From Candidatus Bathyarchaeota archaeon (lineage in GTDB: Archaea > Thermoproteota > Bathyarchaeia > Bathyarchaeales > Bathycorpusculaceae), in assembly GCA_963826715.1 (NCBI GenBank), contig CAWGYA010000006.1, forward strand, positions 32,001 through 96,000: 64,000 nt of DNA. Reading direction: 5' to 3'. This document shows positions 37,224 to 47,761 of the stretch, piece after piece (positions within the stretch are counted from its first letter, which is position 1; each line of letters opens with the position of its first letter). The translations under genes were made by a program, and so were the position numbers. The notes under the pieces were generated by a model that saw nothing but the letters and a program-made list of their open reading frames with translations, had not been told where the DNA came from and searched no databases.

Positions 37224-37278
37224 AGTTTTAAAAGAAATTCATAACAATATTAAAATATATTGATGGTTAAATGATTTT

Positions 37279-37584
37279 TTGAAGTTGAAACCAATGCCAA
37301 AAGAAGAAACCTACCAAGGAATCCCACGAGAACTAATCCCTTGGGAACCAAAAATTAACTACACAAAATGTACTACCTGCGGCAAATGTGTAGACTTCTG
37401 CCATAATCAAGCGTTCGGATACGAGGAAGAAAATGGAAAAAGAAAAACCGTCGTAACAGACCCAAACGCTTGTGTAATCTTCTGCCACGGATGCGAGGAT
37501 ATCTGTCCCTCAGGCGCAATCACCCATCCCTCAGATGAGGAAACGCAACATCTCATTGAGAAACTAAAACAGAACAAAAAGTGA
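37279..37584 (+). CDS. 2x[4Fe-4S] ferredoxin family protein
   Basis: CTTCGKCVDFC and CVIFCHGCEDICP; divergent from ArsR. Confidence 0.88.
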   Translation: MKLKPMPKEETYQGIPRELIPWEPKINYTKCTTCGKCVDFCHNQAFGYEEENGKRKTVVTDPNACVIFCHGCEDICPSGAITHPSDEETQHLIEKLKQNKK

Positions 37585-37743
37585 TTTGAGGGCAGGAGCA
37601 GGAAAAAGCTCTTGTTCATTCACATTGAAAATTCTGGTAAAAGGCATTACATCATTTTCTTGAACTAAATAACATCGTTCATTATATATTTAGGAAGTTT
37701 TGTCATGAAAAAAATAGAAAACAAGTTCCCAAAAATAAAGAAA

Positions 37744-38337
37744 TCAGGAAATATGGGTATGTTTCTGGGTGTTCATACCATACCAAAAGAAAACTTTAAC
37801 AACAACCGCAGTTAAAACGGCAGCAAGCATGCGCGCCAAAACTGTTAAAGCAAATCCAAGGACACCCGTTACAACGTTTGCAGTTGACATTTGGAATACA
37901 ACAAACAAAACTAATCCCCCAATTGTTGAAGCAACCAAACCCGAAAGGAGCAGTCTTTTGAAGTTATCTGACCGCTTATTTAACGCGCCAGCCATATAGC
38001 CGATTAACATTGGACTGACGATGTATGCTAAAAGAACCGTCCCTGAATCAGGATATCCATGGAAACTGTTTGCCCAATATAATGCATAGAATGTACCCAT
38101 TAGAAAGCCTGAGGATCCACCAGCCCATTGATTCCACAATAAACCAAGTGCCAATGGAACACCGACTATAATTACAAGTTCTAGTATTTCCATTGTAAGC
38201 CCAGTAACTATTCCAAAGCCGCCACCAATTAGTGCTGGGAGTTTTGAAATTAATATAATTACAAAAACTGCAATCACAGGGAGGATAATTCCGAAAAGGA
38301 GATCGTTTTTTGTCCATTTTTTCCAATCCAAGCTCAT
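37744..38337 (-). CDS. integral membrane protein
   Basis: 197 aa with about six hydrophobic segments. Confidence 0.75.
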   Translation of the reverse strand: MSLDWKKWTKNDLLFGIILPVIAVFVIILISKLPALIGGGFGIVTGLTMEILELVIIVGVPLALGLLWNQWAGGSSGFLMGTFYALYWANSFHGYPDSGTVLLAYIVSPMLIGYMAGALNKRSDNFKRLLLSGLVASTIGGLVLFVVFQMSTANVVTGVLGFALTVLARMLAAVLTAVVVKVFFWYGMNTQKHTHIS

Positions 38338-38491
38338 AAATGATGCACCGTGTTAGAAACAATGTACTTTATAGTTACATATGAATATTGCTATGGGCTC
38401 TATAAAGCATTGAACGCACAAAAATTGATTTGCAAATAAGACAGTACGTATTTATTTGTAAAGCCCATTCAATACTAAAATAATATTCAAT

Positions 38492-38576
38492 GCAGGGGTC
38501 GCCAAGCCAGGTCAAAGGCGTAGGCTTCAGGAGCCTATCCCGCAGGGGTTCGTGGGTTCAAATCCCACCCCCTGCA
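38492..38576 (+). tRNA. tRNA-Leu(CAG)
   Basis: GCAGGGG/CCCCTGC acceptor stem, TAGGC-TTCAGGA-GCCTA anticodon arm, long variable arm, GTTCAAATC T-loop; CCA follows. Confidence 0.97.
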
Positions 38577-38714
38577 CCAAATAGCAGACTATTGGGGGTC
38601 AACCTCAAAGAAACCTTGGCAAAACAGTTTATAAAAAAATTTTACGTATTTGTTTCTTTTTTACCATGTACTAGTTTCCCAGTTTATTGGACAAGTTCAA
38701 TAATTCTAAATAAA

Positions 38715-39020
38715 TCAGGGAATATTCTCTTCAACTAGTTTCTCGGCTTGTTCTTCAGATAGATAGTCAGATAAGTACAGTTTGATGAGATCTCTTAGAG
38801 CTTTCCGTCTCACTTCCTTGTTCTTTTCAGTGTTTGACGCATCATTAATACAACTATTTTGATTGTTAATTATGCTAGTTGGGTTATTGACGTCGTAATT
38901 TTGATTGTGGAGGTCACTTTTTGGATCATTCAGGTAGCTATTGAGATTGCTGTCTTGAGTTTGCAAATCTTTGACAATTTTTCTAAATAATGCACCGATT
39001 GTTATAGGCATAAAAAACAC
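38715..39020 (-). CDS. hypothetical protein (Asn-rich)
   Basis: 101-aa ORF only. Confidence 0.5.
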   Translation of the reverse strand: MFFMPITIGALFRKIVKDLQTQDSNLNSYLNDPKSDLHNQNYDVNNPTSIINNQNSCINDASNTEKNKEVRRKALRDLIKLYLSDYLSEEQAEKLVEENIP

Positions 39021-39238
39021 TTCCTGTAACTGGGCTATATTAAAAGTAAACCGAGCTTATTAGACTATTAGGTTCTTTCCTTCACGAATATATCAATTTC
39101 TTTTTTTAATCAATCATCTACCAGATCTCCTCACTAACACACAGACAAAGAAAGAAGAGTTAACTGAAGGTTTTGTTTCTTCATGGGTGCCAATGCATGA
39201 ACACGAATTTTTGGGTTTCAATGAAATTCCTGATTTTC

Positions 39239-40135
39239 TTAAACTAATGCTTTTCTTCCGCCTCTGGTACTAAGCCGCCAAACGAAAAAGGCTTCAACAA
39301 ACAAAAGGAAGCAGGCAACAGCAACAAAAGTAAGACCTAACGGAAACACATATCCCGAAACATTGTTCAGTGACAGCACAGCCGACAAAATCATGAACAC
39401 ACCACCAACTGCGAAGAGCGCGAAGTACCCTTTTCTGGTTTTCTTTTTCTTTTTAAGCCAGCCTCCGAGATAAACCAGCACTATACCTGTTAAGAGACTC
39501 ATCGGAGGAATGATGCTGGTTGAGAGAATTAGGTTTTTGCCACCCATAGCAAAGTCAGGATTAATCAACGCATAAAGGATTAGCAGTGAAAAAGAAGCCA
39601 AAGCAAGCCATCTATCAAATAGTTGCCCGTTCGCCGCTGGCCCGTAGGTCCGACGCCAAGGGACAGCTTTTGACTCTTTCAAGTCAGGATCAGACAGCTT
39701 GGTTGTTTCTCGAGATTTTTCATTGATGAAGCAAACTCGGTCAGGCGGATTCTGATCTATTAGTTCAGGTTTGCAGGCACCATCTCTTAATGTTGCAGTC
39801 AAGGTGTAGCGACCCCTCTTCACAAGTCTGGAAAAGGGGAAAAGCCACTCGACACCTCTGTCTTTCTCCGTGGTGAAGGAATCTATAAAGCTATGGAGGA
39901 ATGCGCCTACTGCAAGCCAAACGTTCACAAAAAACAATCCCGACAGGAAAAGAAGGTTATGAAAAAGCGCCCGATGATACTGTTCTTCTCGAAAAGCTTT
40001 AGGACTTACGAATAGGTATTCGCGGTCCAGATCGGGGATAAAACTACCTATGCCCGCCAACAAAGTGAAGTAAGGGTTGCCAGTTAAGACAGCTGTGACA
40101 ACGCCAGCAAAAAAGATGTGAGTCCCAAGATTCAA
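39239..40135 (-). CDS. membrane-bound metal-dependent hydrolase (YdjM-like)
   Basis: TH, GSFIPDLD, HRALFHNL, HSFIDSFT, GV..LFPF. Confidence 0.85.
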   Translation of the reverse strand: MNLGTHIFFAGVVTAVLTGNPYFTLLAGIGSFIPDLDREYLFVSPKAFREEQYHRALFHNLLFLSGLFFVNVWLAVGAFLHSFIDSFTTEKDRGVEWLFPFSRLVKRGRYTLTATLRDGACKPELIDQNPPDRVCFINEKSRETTKLSDPDLKESKAVPWRRTYGPAANGQLFDRWLALASFSLLILYALINPDFAMGGKNLILSTSIIPPMSLLTGIVLVYLGGWLKKKKKTRKGYFALFAVGGVFMILSAVLSLNNVSGYVFPLGLTFVAVACFLLFVEAFFVWRLSTRGGRKALV

Positions 40136-40376
40136 AACTAAAACCTAATAAAAAATAGGCTGTTGCTAAAATAAAAAGATTTTTCAGTTTTGCAGGCGGA
40201 AGCAATTAGAATAAAATCAAATCATATTACCAGCTTCTCTAAAAGTTTCGACTCTTAGTTTCTTGTCCAGCACTTAGAATTATTAAGAAATGCTCAACCT
40301 TCATAATGTGGGTGTGGCTTCACAGTCACATACGTTTAACTCCTTAAAAGGCCATCTAAAGATTAGAGAGTTTATT

Positions 40377-40535
40377 ATGAATACATGGTTAACGATTGCT
40401 ATTATTATTGTAATACTTTGGGCTATTGGATTCTTTGCTTTGCCGGGCATAGGTTCACTAATACACATACTACTCGTGATTGCAGTAATCTTAGTGCTTG
40501 TTTGGTTATTCACAGGCAAAAAATTATGGAAATAA
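40377..40535 (+). CDS. small membrane protein (DUF5670/lmo0937-like)
   Basis: IAIIIVILWAIGF..GSLIHILLVIAVI. Confidence 0.75.
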   Translation: MNTWLTIAIIIVILWAIGFFALPGIGSLIHILLVIAVILVLVWLFTGKKLWK

Positions 40536-40578
40536 ACCCCGCTCTCTTTTTTCCCCTAAAAAATTTGGAGAAGTAAAA

Positions 40579-41277
40579 ATGTTTGGCCAAAGATATCAAC
40601 CCACACAATCAGTCAACATATTTATTGCCGCACTCAACGAAGAAGAAGGAATAGGTGCGACAATCTCTGAGCTTTCAGAGAACATCAACGCGAATCGCAT
40701 TCTATTAATCGATGGTCACAGCCAGGACCGAACAGTTGAAATTGCCAAAGAAAATGGCGCAGAAATCTTTTTCCAAGAGGACAAAGGCAAAGGCGATGCG
40801 TTGAAAAAGGCAGTGCAGTGCATGGGTAAAGATGTCGAGTATGTAGTTATCACTGACGCTGACTTTACTTATCCATCCGAAAATGTGCCTGAAATGATAC
40901 AAATCCTTCAAAATAATCCCCAGATAGGTATGGTTTGCGGGAACAGATTCAGTAAACAAACAGCAGGAAATGCCTTCAAAGGTCGGTTTACATTTGGAAA
41001 CAAATTATTGGCTTTTGCTCACAATATTCTTAACGGAATAGATTTGAAAGATCCATTAACTGGATTGAGGGTTATTCGTGCAGATATACTCAGGAATTGG
41101 GTTATTAAATCGAAAGGTTTTGACATAGAAGTTGAATTGAATCATCAGGTTGATAAGCAAGGATTTGAGACAATTGAAGTTCCGATTGAGTATCGTGAGC
41201 GATTAGGCAAGAAAAAATTGAAAATGAAGCATGGCGCATCCATTCTGAAAAGAATCGTATTAGAAAGCTTCAATTAG
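40579..41277 (+). CDS. family 2 glycosyltransferase (DPM1-like)
   Basis: AALNEEEGI, IDGHSQDRT, TDADFTY, GFDIEVE, YRERLG. Confidence 0.92.
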   Translation: MFGQRYQPTQSVNIFIAALNEEEGIGATISELSENINANRILLIDGHSQDRTVEIAKENGAEIFFQEDKGKGDALKKAVQCMGKDVEYVVITDADFTYPSENVPEMIQILQNNPQIGMVCGNRFSKQTAGNAFKGRFTFGNKLLAFAHNILNGIDLKDPLTGLRVIRADILRNWVIKSKGFDIEVELNHQVDKQGFETIEVPIEYRERLGKKKLKMKHGASILKRIVLESFN

Positions 41278-41599
41278 CACAATTTAATATGACGCCTGTA
41301 GAAATATTTGGCGGGGTATATCGCGCCGATGCAATAAAATCCTGAAAGCCCTAGGCAAAAGATTTTTTCCTCTTGACCGCACTAAGTGTTGACCAAGAGT
41401 GTGCTTCTTCTACTTGACATAGAACAATGTTTTTTTAATGTCTGATGATTAGATTCTAAGTTTAAAACCTCTTTCTCTGTGGAATCAAATTTTGAAAGAG
41501 GTCGGTAGCACTGTAAGGTCATGATTCTGATTTCTAATCCAGCTGAAAATATTTTATTAACACTTTGATTTTAAATAAATCTAATTATAGAGAAGGCAG

Positions 41600-41833
41600 T
41601 TATTCTGAATACGTTGGTTCATAAGGTGTGAGAATTTGCTCTGAAATTAAATAAACACCATCATCTAATAACATATTGAGGTTATTCTTTTTGATAAAAT
41701 CTTCAACAGCGTCAAGAGATTCACTATCTACTATATTATTATCCATGAACTTTAAGACAAGACCATCATGTAGAGTCTCAAGGATTTGCACATCTATTTT
41801 GCACTTTTTATTTAATTCTCTTTTTAAAATCAT
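41600..41833 (-). CDS. hypothetical protein
   Basis: 77-aa ORF with plausible composition. Confidence 0.5.
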   Translation of the reverse strand: MILKRELNKKCKIDVQILETLHDGLVLKFMDNNIVDSESLDAVEDFIKKNNLNMLLDDGVYLISEQILTPYEPTYSE

Positions 41834-42225
41834 CGCATCAAATATTCTAATTCCTAAGTCACCCCCAACAATTTTTTAAATAACACAAAAACTGGTTGGT
41901 TATTGTTAAATCAATAATGTTGTTTGACCCTTAAGTTTGTTTCCATTATATCCAAACACACAATTTTAATAATAATAGTGAACGCAGACCTTATTCGAAA
42001 AAAGAATCTAAAAAAATCAAAATGTTCTTTATCACATTATTGTCGTCAATATTCAAAACTCAAATTCTTAAAAATATTCTCAATGAAATTGCCGACAAAA
42101 ATAATTTCAAATATGAATAAAAATCAATACGATGAATATAGAAATAATTGTAGCTATAATGGCAGTAGAAAAATAGGCGTTGGGGTTGAATCCCCCTTCA
42201 AAAAAATAGTTATTCTTGGTTATAA

Positions 42226-43491
42226 CTATACGTCTAAGATTTCGTTTCTTTCAGGGATATAGACATCAGTCAAACCCGAAATCTTTTCCGTCAAGAGTTC
42301 CGCCTGCTCCAAATCGCCGTGAACTAGGACCGTTTTCTTTGGTCTAAGTTTATTGACAAATTCAATAAGCTCGGTCTGATCAGCGTGCCCAGAGAGCTCA
42401 TACTGCTTAACTTCAGCCTCCACATCGAATGCTTCATCGTCGTTTTTGAAGATGTGGTCTTCCTTTGCAAGTTTCAGCGGGCTGTCAGGAGGAAGATAAC
42501 CCGAGGTTAAGATTATAGAATTGTCTTTGTTTGGTGCCCACTTTCCTAGTAGGTTAAGGCTTGCTCCAGCATGGCCAAAACCTGAAGTACATATGACAAC
42601 TGCAGGTTCATCGATTTGGCTTGTTCTATATAGATGTTTAACATGACGATAACTGAAGGGGTGTTTTTGTTGCCTAATTTTCTTAGTGAACAATGGTTTA
42701 TTCTGGTTAAAATAACCGTTTATCCGATGTGCAAGGTTAGATATTGTATAAACATTGTAACGTGGCAAAAGACCCGATTCGATAGCAGTGTCGAGTCTTT
42801 TGGCCATCTCTTGGCTTCTGTGAAACGCGAACGTTGGAATCAAAACGTTTCCCCTACGCTTCATGGTTAACCGCATCTGATCCATAAATTCGTCGATTAA
42901 CTCTTCTCGGGGGCGTCTAATTTTTCCGCCGTAGGTTGATTCTGAAATTAAAACATCAGGTTTCTTATGGAGCGTTTCGAGTTTGCAGCCCTGTAGAATC
43001 TCTGTATCATGAAGGCAGAAATCACCCGTATAAACAATCGTTTTTCCCTCAGACTGAAGAGTGGTCATTTTTGCGCCAGCAACGTGACCTGCAGCTTGAA
43101 GCTGAATATTCAAACCGGGCATTGCAACAGCATCGCGACTCCACCAACAGGCCCCTATACGTTCAGCGTGGCTGTCCTGATAGTCAAAAACGCCTTTTTC
43201 ATTTTGAATTTTTATCATGTCATATAAAAGGTCAACCGTAACATCGCGGCTAATATCTGACCCAATTATAACGGGATTATTTTTGCTTAAACTCAATAAA
43301 CTTCCAGTATGATCCAGATGCGCATGGCTAATGACAACAGCATCAAAATCCTTAGGTAACTTCTTTGCTTCACCATCAAGCTTTATGCCATAGTCTAATG
43401 CAATCTTGGCCGAGTCTGTTTCAACTGAGATGCAGGAGCCACCTACTTCTCGGGCTCCACCGAGTACTTCTATTTTCACTTTATTTTTCAT
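42226..43491 (-). CDS. MBL-fold beta-CASP ribonuclease (aCPSF2-like)
   Basis: GGAREVGGSC, SHAHLDHTG, AGHVAG, YTGDF, ESTYG, SGHAD, LVHGD. Confidence 0.92.
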   Translation of the reverse strand: MKNKVKIEVLGGAREVGGSCISVETDSAKIALDYGIKLDGEAKKLPKDFDAVVISHAHLDHTGSLLSLSKNNPVIIGSDISRDVTVDLLYDMIKIQNEKGVFDYQDSHAERIGACWWSRDAVAMPGLNIQLQAAGHVAGAKMTTLQSEGKTIVYTGDFCLHDTEILQGCKLETLHKKPDVLISESTYGGKIRRPREELIDEFMDQMRLTMKRRGNVLIPTFAFHRSQEMAKRLDTAIESGLLPRYNVYTISNLAHRINGYFNQNKPLFTKKIRQQKHPFSYRHVKHLYRTSQIDEPAVVICTSGFGHAGASLNLLGKWAPNKDNSIILTSGYLPPDSPLKLAKEDHIFKNDDEAFDVEAEVKQYELSGHADQTELIEFVNKLRPKKTVLVHGDLEQAELLTEKISGLTDVYIPERNEILDV

Positions 43492-43764
43492 CCGATTATC
43501 TTAAAACGTTAGTCTTCCAAAAATTGGTTAATTCCAACCCAAAGACAGGTAAACCAAAAGTGCTTACCCCTTTCCGTTTAACGCGTAAAGTACGGATGCG
43601 AGATATTAAGTTATTGACCAATCAATCCAACTTGATTCATGCAAATCGAAATTCATAGTAAAAAATAGAGTATTTAATAATGGAATTATGTAGAGTTCAA
43701 ATCAATCCGAATAATTTTTGAGTTTGCCTAAGACTTAAAAGCAGAAAATTGCTTACATGACAGC

Positions 43765-44436
43765 ATGAATAACACTGTAAAGCTATTGGCATTTGCAGTT
43801 GCTATTTTAGTAGTTTTAGCTGCCGTAGAAGCCTATATGCTTGTAGAAACAACAAAAGACGTACATCCCGTACCCATCCGAGTTGCCTGCGTCGGAGATA
43901 GCATCACAAGGGGCACCGAATACACCATAGAGCTCGGACACAAGCTAGGCAACAACTACTTAGTAGGTAACTTTGGGATAGGAGGAGCCACAGTTGACGC
44001 TGACTCAGGCAGCGGATACATCAACGAAACCGCCTTTACAGTGGCAAAGGATTTCCAGCCAAACATCGTGGTCATAATGCTGGGAACAAACGATGCGAAC
44101 CCCACACTCAACGAATCAGCTGACGCTTTTATATCGGACTACAAAAAATTAGTGGTTGCTTTCCAAGAACTCGACACCAAACCCCAAGTTTGGTTGGTTG
44201 AACCACCACCTATTTACATGAATTCCGGAAACCTCAACAATAAAGAGTTGACACAAAAGATTATCCCCAGCATCCGACAACTAGCCCAACAAATGAACCT
44301 GCCCATTATTGACGTTAATTCGCCACTTTTAGGGCATCAGGATTACTTTATCGATGGAATCCATCCTAAGGTTAATGGCGCAAGAATAATCGCGGAAACA
44401 ATCTATTCGGCTATAATTACAACCGAACATAGATAG
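43765..44436 (+). CDS. exported SGNH/GDSL esterase
   Basis: GDSIT, G, GTND and DGIHP blocks. Confidence 0.9.
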   Translation: MNNTVKLLAFAVAILVVLAAVEAYMLVETTKDVHPVPIRVACVGDSITRGTEYTIELGHKLGNNYLVGNFGIGGATVDADSGSGYINETAFTVAKDFQPNIVVIMLGTNDANPTLNESADAFISDYKKLVVAFQELDTKPQVWLVEPPPIYMNSGNLNNKELTQKIIPSIRQLAQQMNLPIIDVNSPLLGHQDYFIDGIHPKVNGARIIAETIYSAIITTEHR

Positions 44437-44486
44437 AACTCCGACATTAACGCTTTTAACTTGATAAAGCAATATTTAGAATAAAG

Positions 44487-45149
44487 ATGAAAAATAAAGT
44501 TAAGCTGCTCATAATAGCAGCTCTCGTATTAATTGTAATTACAGGAGCCTTCCTCATTCAAACTATTAACAACTCCCCAAACTCAGTTGCACCCATTAAG
44601 GTCGCATGCATCGGCGACAGTTTAACTGAGGGCTCCAATTATCCAGAGGATCTCTGGATACTTCTTGGAGCTAATTATACTGTGGGCAATTTTGGGTATA
44701 GCGGAACAAGTGTTTCTCTACACGCACCAACGCCCTACATGAGTGAAGGGGTCTTCCAAGAAGCGCTTAAGTTTGAGCCAACTATTGTCATAATTATGCT
44801 TGGCACTAACGACGCCCTACCCAGCCTCAAGAATTATAGCGAATTATTTGTCGATGACTATCTAACCCTCATCACAAGGCTTAAGACCCTTGAAAGCGAA
44901 CCCAAAATTTGGTTGGTGCTACCACCCCCCATTTGGCATAACGGCACAGGACTGAGCACCGAATTTCTTGAGCAGCAAATAATCCCCGGTGTCAAACAAG
45001 TTGCCGAGAAAGCACAACTTCCCACGATTGATGTTTACTCAGCGCTACTCAGTCATCCCGATTTCTTTCCATATGATGGCGTTCATCCAACAGAGGAGGG
45101 AGCTCAATTTATTGCCAACGAAATATACAAGGCAATAAGCGGAAAGTAA
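44487..45149 (+). CDS. exported SGNH/GDSL esterase (tandem paralog)
   Basis: GDSLT, GTND, DGVHP. Confidence 0.9.
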   Translation: MKNKVKLLIIAALVLIVITGAFLIQTINNSPNSVAPIKVACIGDSLTEGSNYPEDLWILLGANYTVGNFGYSGTSVSLHAPTPYMSEGVFQEALKFEPTIVIIMLGTNDALPSLKNYSELFVDDYLTLITRLKTLESEPKIWLVLPPPIWHNGTGLSTEFLEQQIIPGVKQVAEKAQLPTIDVYSALLSHPDFFPYDGVHPTEEGAQFIANEIYKAISGK

Positions 45150-45165
45150 AGAAATATTGCGATTT

Positions 45166-45903
45166 TTATGTTTCAGTGTCTTTGCATACTTTGTCCTTGT
45201 AGGGTGTGCTCAGCACTTCTTTGACACGATTGGTTATTACAGGTCCCAACCCATGCACAGAGCTCTCCCAATCAGCTACGTTAATCAAAGCGTTGAGTGG
45301 TGTCTGATAAGATTCTAAAATGGCAATGGCTTTCTCGCGTCCAATGCTAGGTAAACTGGCAACAAAATACACCTGTGCATCCGAGAGGGTATCACATTTC
45401 TTAAACGCATGAACCACTGCACTCCGCTTTTCTACAATTTGCTCCTGTCGCGCTGCAGTATAGAGAAAATCCACAGTTTCTTTTTGACTAGCAGTGTTAA
45501 CGATTGCGATACCGTTTTTGGCGAGATTAAACATGGCCCCCCAAACAGAAGCGGGCGATATGCTACTGTACTTATAGATAATTGGTAGGTACCCCTCTAG
45601 AACTATGAGAGATTTGGGGTAGACATCTTTTAGACGGAAAAGCTGTTCGAAAAGGTAACGCCGAGTCAGCGTATAAACAAAATCATTAACAGTTTTACGT
45701 TCCACGGCGCATTGGTCACTTAGGATATAGTCACCCTTTTCCAGCATCTCGGTCTTTACAGTTACACCGCGCTCAACTAGACCCGCCACAATTTTTTTAG
45801 CACTGCTAGCTTCACGGCTATCCACTATGATTGTGGGCTCTTCACCCTTTCTCTTGTTTTGAATAAAGGGCACAAGCGTTTCTGTTCCAGACATAGATTC
45901 CAC
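45166..45903 (-). CDS. xpf: XPF/ERCC4 3'-flap endonuclease (short form)
   Basis: VDSRE, GDY..VERKT..DF, HhH motifs SIG and GLG. Confidence 0.9.
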   Translation of the reverse strand: MESMSGTETLVPFIQNKRKGEEPTIIVDSREASSAKKIVAGLVERGVTVKTEMLEKGDYILSDQCAVERKTVNDFVYTLTRRYLFEQLFRLKDVYPKSLIVLEGYLPIIYKYSSISPASVWGAMFNLAKNGIAIVNTASQKETVDFLYTAARQEQIVEKRSAVVHAFKKCDTLSDAQVYFVASLPSIGREKAIAILESYQTPLNALINVADWESSVHGLGPVITNRVKEVLSTPYKDKVCKDTET

Positions 45904-46301
45904 TATGCTTAGGTAACCAGAATTTGAGACTTATTTTACTATCGGCTATAAAACGAACTTTAAAAAAAACTAGCCACGACAAAAATAAAGCAGATATGGA
46001 AATGGAAGATAAAAACTCTAATTTGTAGTGAAGTAAGTGAAGTTTTGTGCTACTGTACACCGAACTTCAAAAGTCACAGCTTCAAGTAAACCATATTTAG
46101 AGAAATATCCTTGCTTAGGAATTTCTTTTTGGGCAGGTCAACTTTGCTATAGAGGTAATCCAACTGCCATACAATGGGATACATACAAAAATCAAAAACT
46201 GATACACGAAAACGTAACAAACGAATCACAAAAACAATAACATATGAGAATTATCTAAGATTTAAATTTACTAAAAATAAAAATAAAATTGAAAAGGGGT
46301 T

Positions 46302-47606
46302 TTATTGACCCTTTTTGGTAATTTCTTTAATTGCGCCTGCTGCGACGGTGGTGCCCATGTCTCGGATTGCGAATCTGCCGAGTTCTGGGAAGTCATTGAA
46401 TGTTTCGACGGCGATTGGGTGTAGTGGTTCCATTCGTACCCAAGCTGCATCTCCTGTTTTGAGGTAGCTGGGGTGTTCTTCGGATACTTGACCAGTTCTC
46501 GGGTCAATTTTCTTTATGAGTTCGATGAATCTGCATGCGATTTGTCCTGTGTGGTAGTGTAGTACTGGTGTATAGCCTGCTGCGATTGCTGTTGGGTGGT
46601 AGATTACGATAATTTGCCCAATGAATTCTTTGGCGACTGTTGGGGGGTTGTCAACTGGACCTGCGACATCTCCGCGGTGAACATCGTTCTTTGATATGCC
46701 TCGGACGTTCATACCGATGTTGTCTCCTGGTTCTGCTTGTGGGATAGTTGTGTGGTGCATTTCAATTGATTTGACTTCAGCAGTTTTGTTTGATGGCATA
46801 AAGACTATGCTTTGACCTGGTTTGAGAATACCTGTTTCAACTCTGCCTACTGGAACTGTACCGATACCGGTGATGCTGTAGATATCTTGAACTGGAACGC
46901 GGAGGGGTTTGTTTGTTGGTTTCGCTGGGAGCTCAAGGAGGTCGAATGCTTCCATCAGGGTTGGACCAGTGTACCATGGCATTTTCTCGCTCTTGGTGAG
47001 CAAGTTATCGCCTGTCCAGCCTGAGACGGGGATAAAGTGAACTTTCTCAATCTTGTATCCGACCATTCGGAGCATTCTGGAGATTTCGTTTTTCATTTCG
47101 TCATAACGATCTTTGCTCCAGTTAACAGAGGCATCGTCCATCTTGTTGATGGCAACGATTAGCTGGCGTATACCTAAAGTGAAAGCTAAGAATGCGTGTT
47201 CACGAGTTTGACCGCCTGCACCAATTCCTGCTTCGAACTCGCCTTTCTTGGCTGAGCTGAAAAGGACTGCTGCATCGGCTTGGCTTGCGCCGGTAATCAT
47301 GTTTTTGATAAAGTCTCTGTGTCCGGGGGCATCGATGACGGTCATGTTATATTTCTTGGTTGGGAACTGGAGGAATCGGAGGTCGATGGTGACACCTCGT
47401 TCTCGTTCTTCCTTTAGGTTGTCTAGAACCCATGCAAAGTGGAATGTTGTTTTGCCCATGCTTTCGGCTTCTGCTTTGTAAGCATCAATTGTTCGCTGGT
47501 CAATTACGCCTGCTAGATATAGTAAGTGTCCTGTGGTTGTTGATTTGCCGTTGTCAACGTGCCCCATAATGATAATATTTAAGTGGGGTTTTTCGGATTT
47601 GCTCAT
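46302..47606 (-). CDS. tuf: translation elongation factor EF-1 alpha
   Basis: [39 protein letters not shown]. Confidence 0.98.
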   Translation of the reverse strand: MSKSEKPHLNIIIMGHVDNGKSTTTGHLLYLAGVIDQRTIDAYKAEAESMGKTTFHFAWVLDNLKEERERGVTIDLRFLQFPTKKYNMTVIDAPGHRDFIKNMITGASQADAAVLFSSAKKGEFEAGIGAGGQTREHAFLAFTLGIRQLIVAINKMDDASVNWSKDRYDEMKNEISRMLRMVGYKIEKVHFIPVSGWTGDNLLTKSEKMPWYTGPTLMEAFDLLELPAKPTNKPLRVPVQDIYSITGIGTVPVGRVETGILKPGQSIVFMPSNKTAEVKSIEMHHTTIPQAEPGDNIGMNVRGISKNDVHRGDVAGPVDNPPTVAKEFIGQIIVIYHPTAIAAGYTPVLHYHTGQIACRFIELIKKIDPRTGQVSEEHPSYLKTGDAAWVRMEPLHPIAVETFNDFPELGRFAIRDMGTTVAAGAIKEITKKGQ

Positions 47607-47761
47607 TTTAATTCCTTCTATTATTCTATCTAAATTTTGAAATTCGTTAACACATCAGTCCTCCAATTATTAAAAGCTTATGATAACAGCTGAGCATGGG
47701 GCATGACTAAAAATCCCAACTTAAGCTTGCACTTTAAACAAAGTTAGAACATAGGGTAACA

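Noticed and set aside
42181-42200. att copy of the tRNA-Leu 3' end (GGGGTTGAATCCCC)
   Set aside because: Only loose T-arm similarity, and no integrase nearby.
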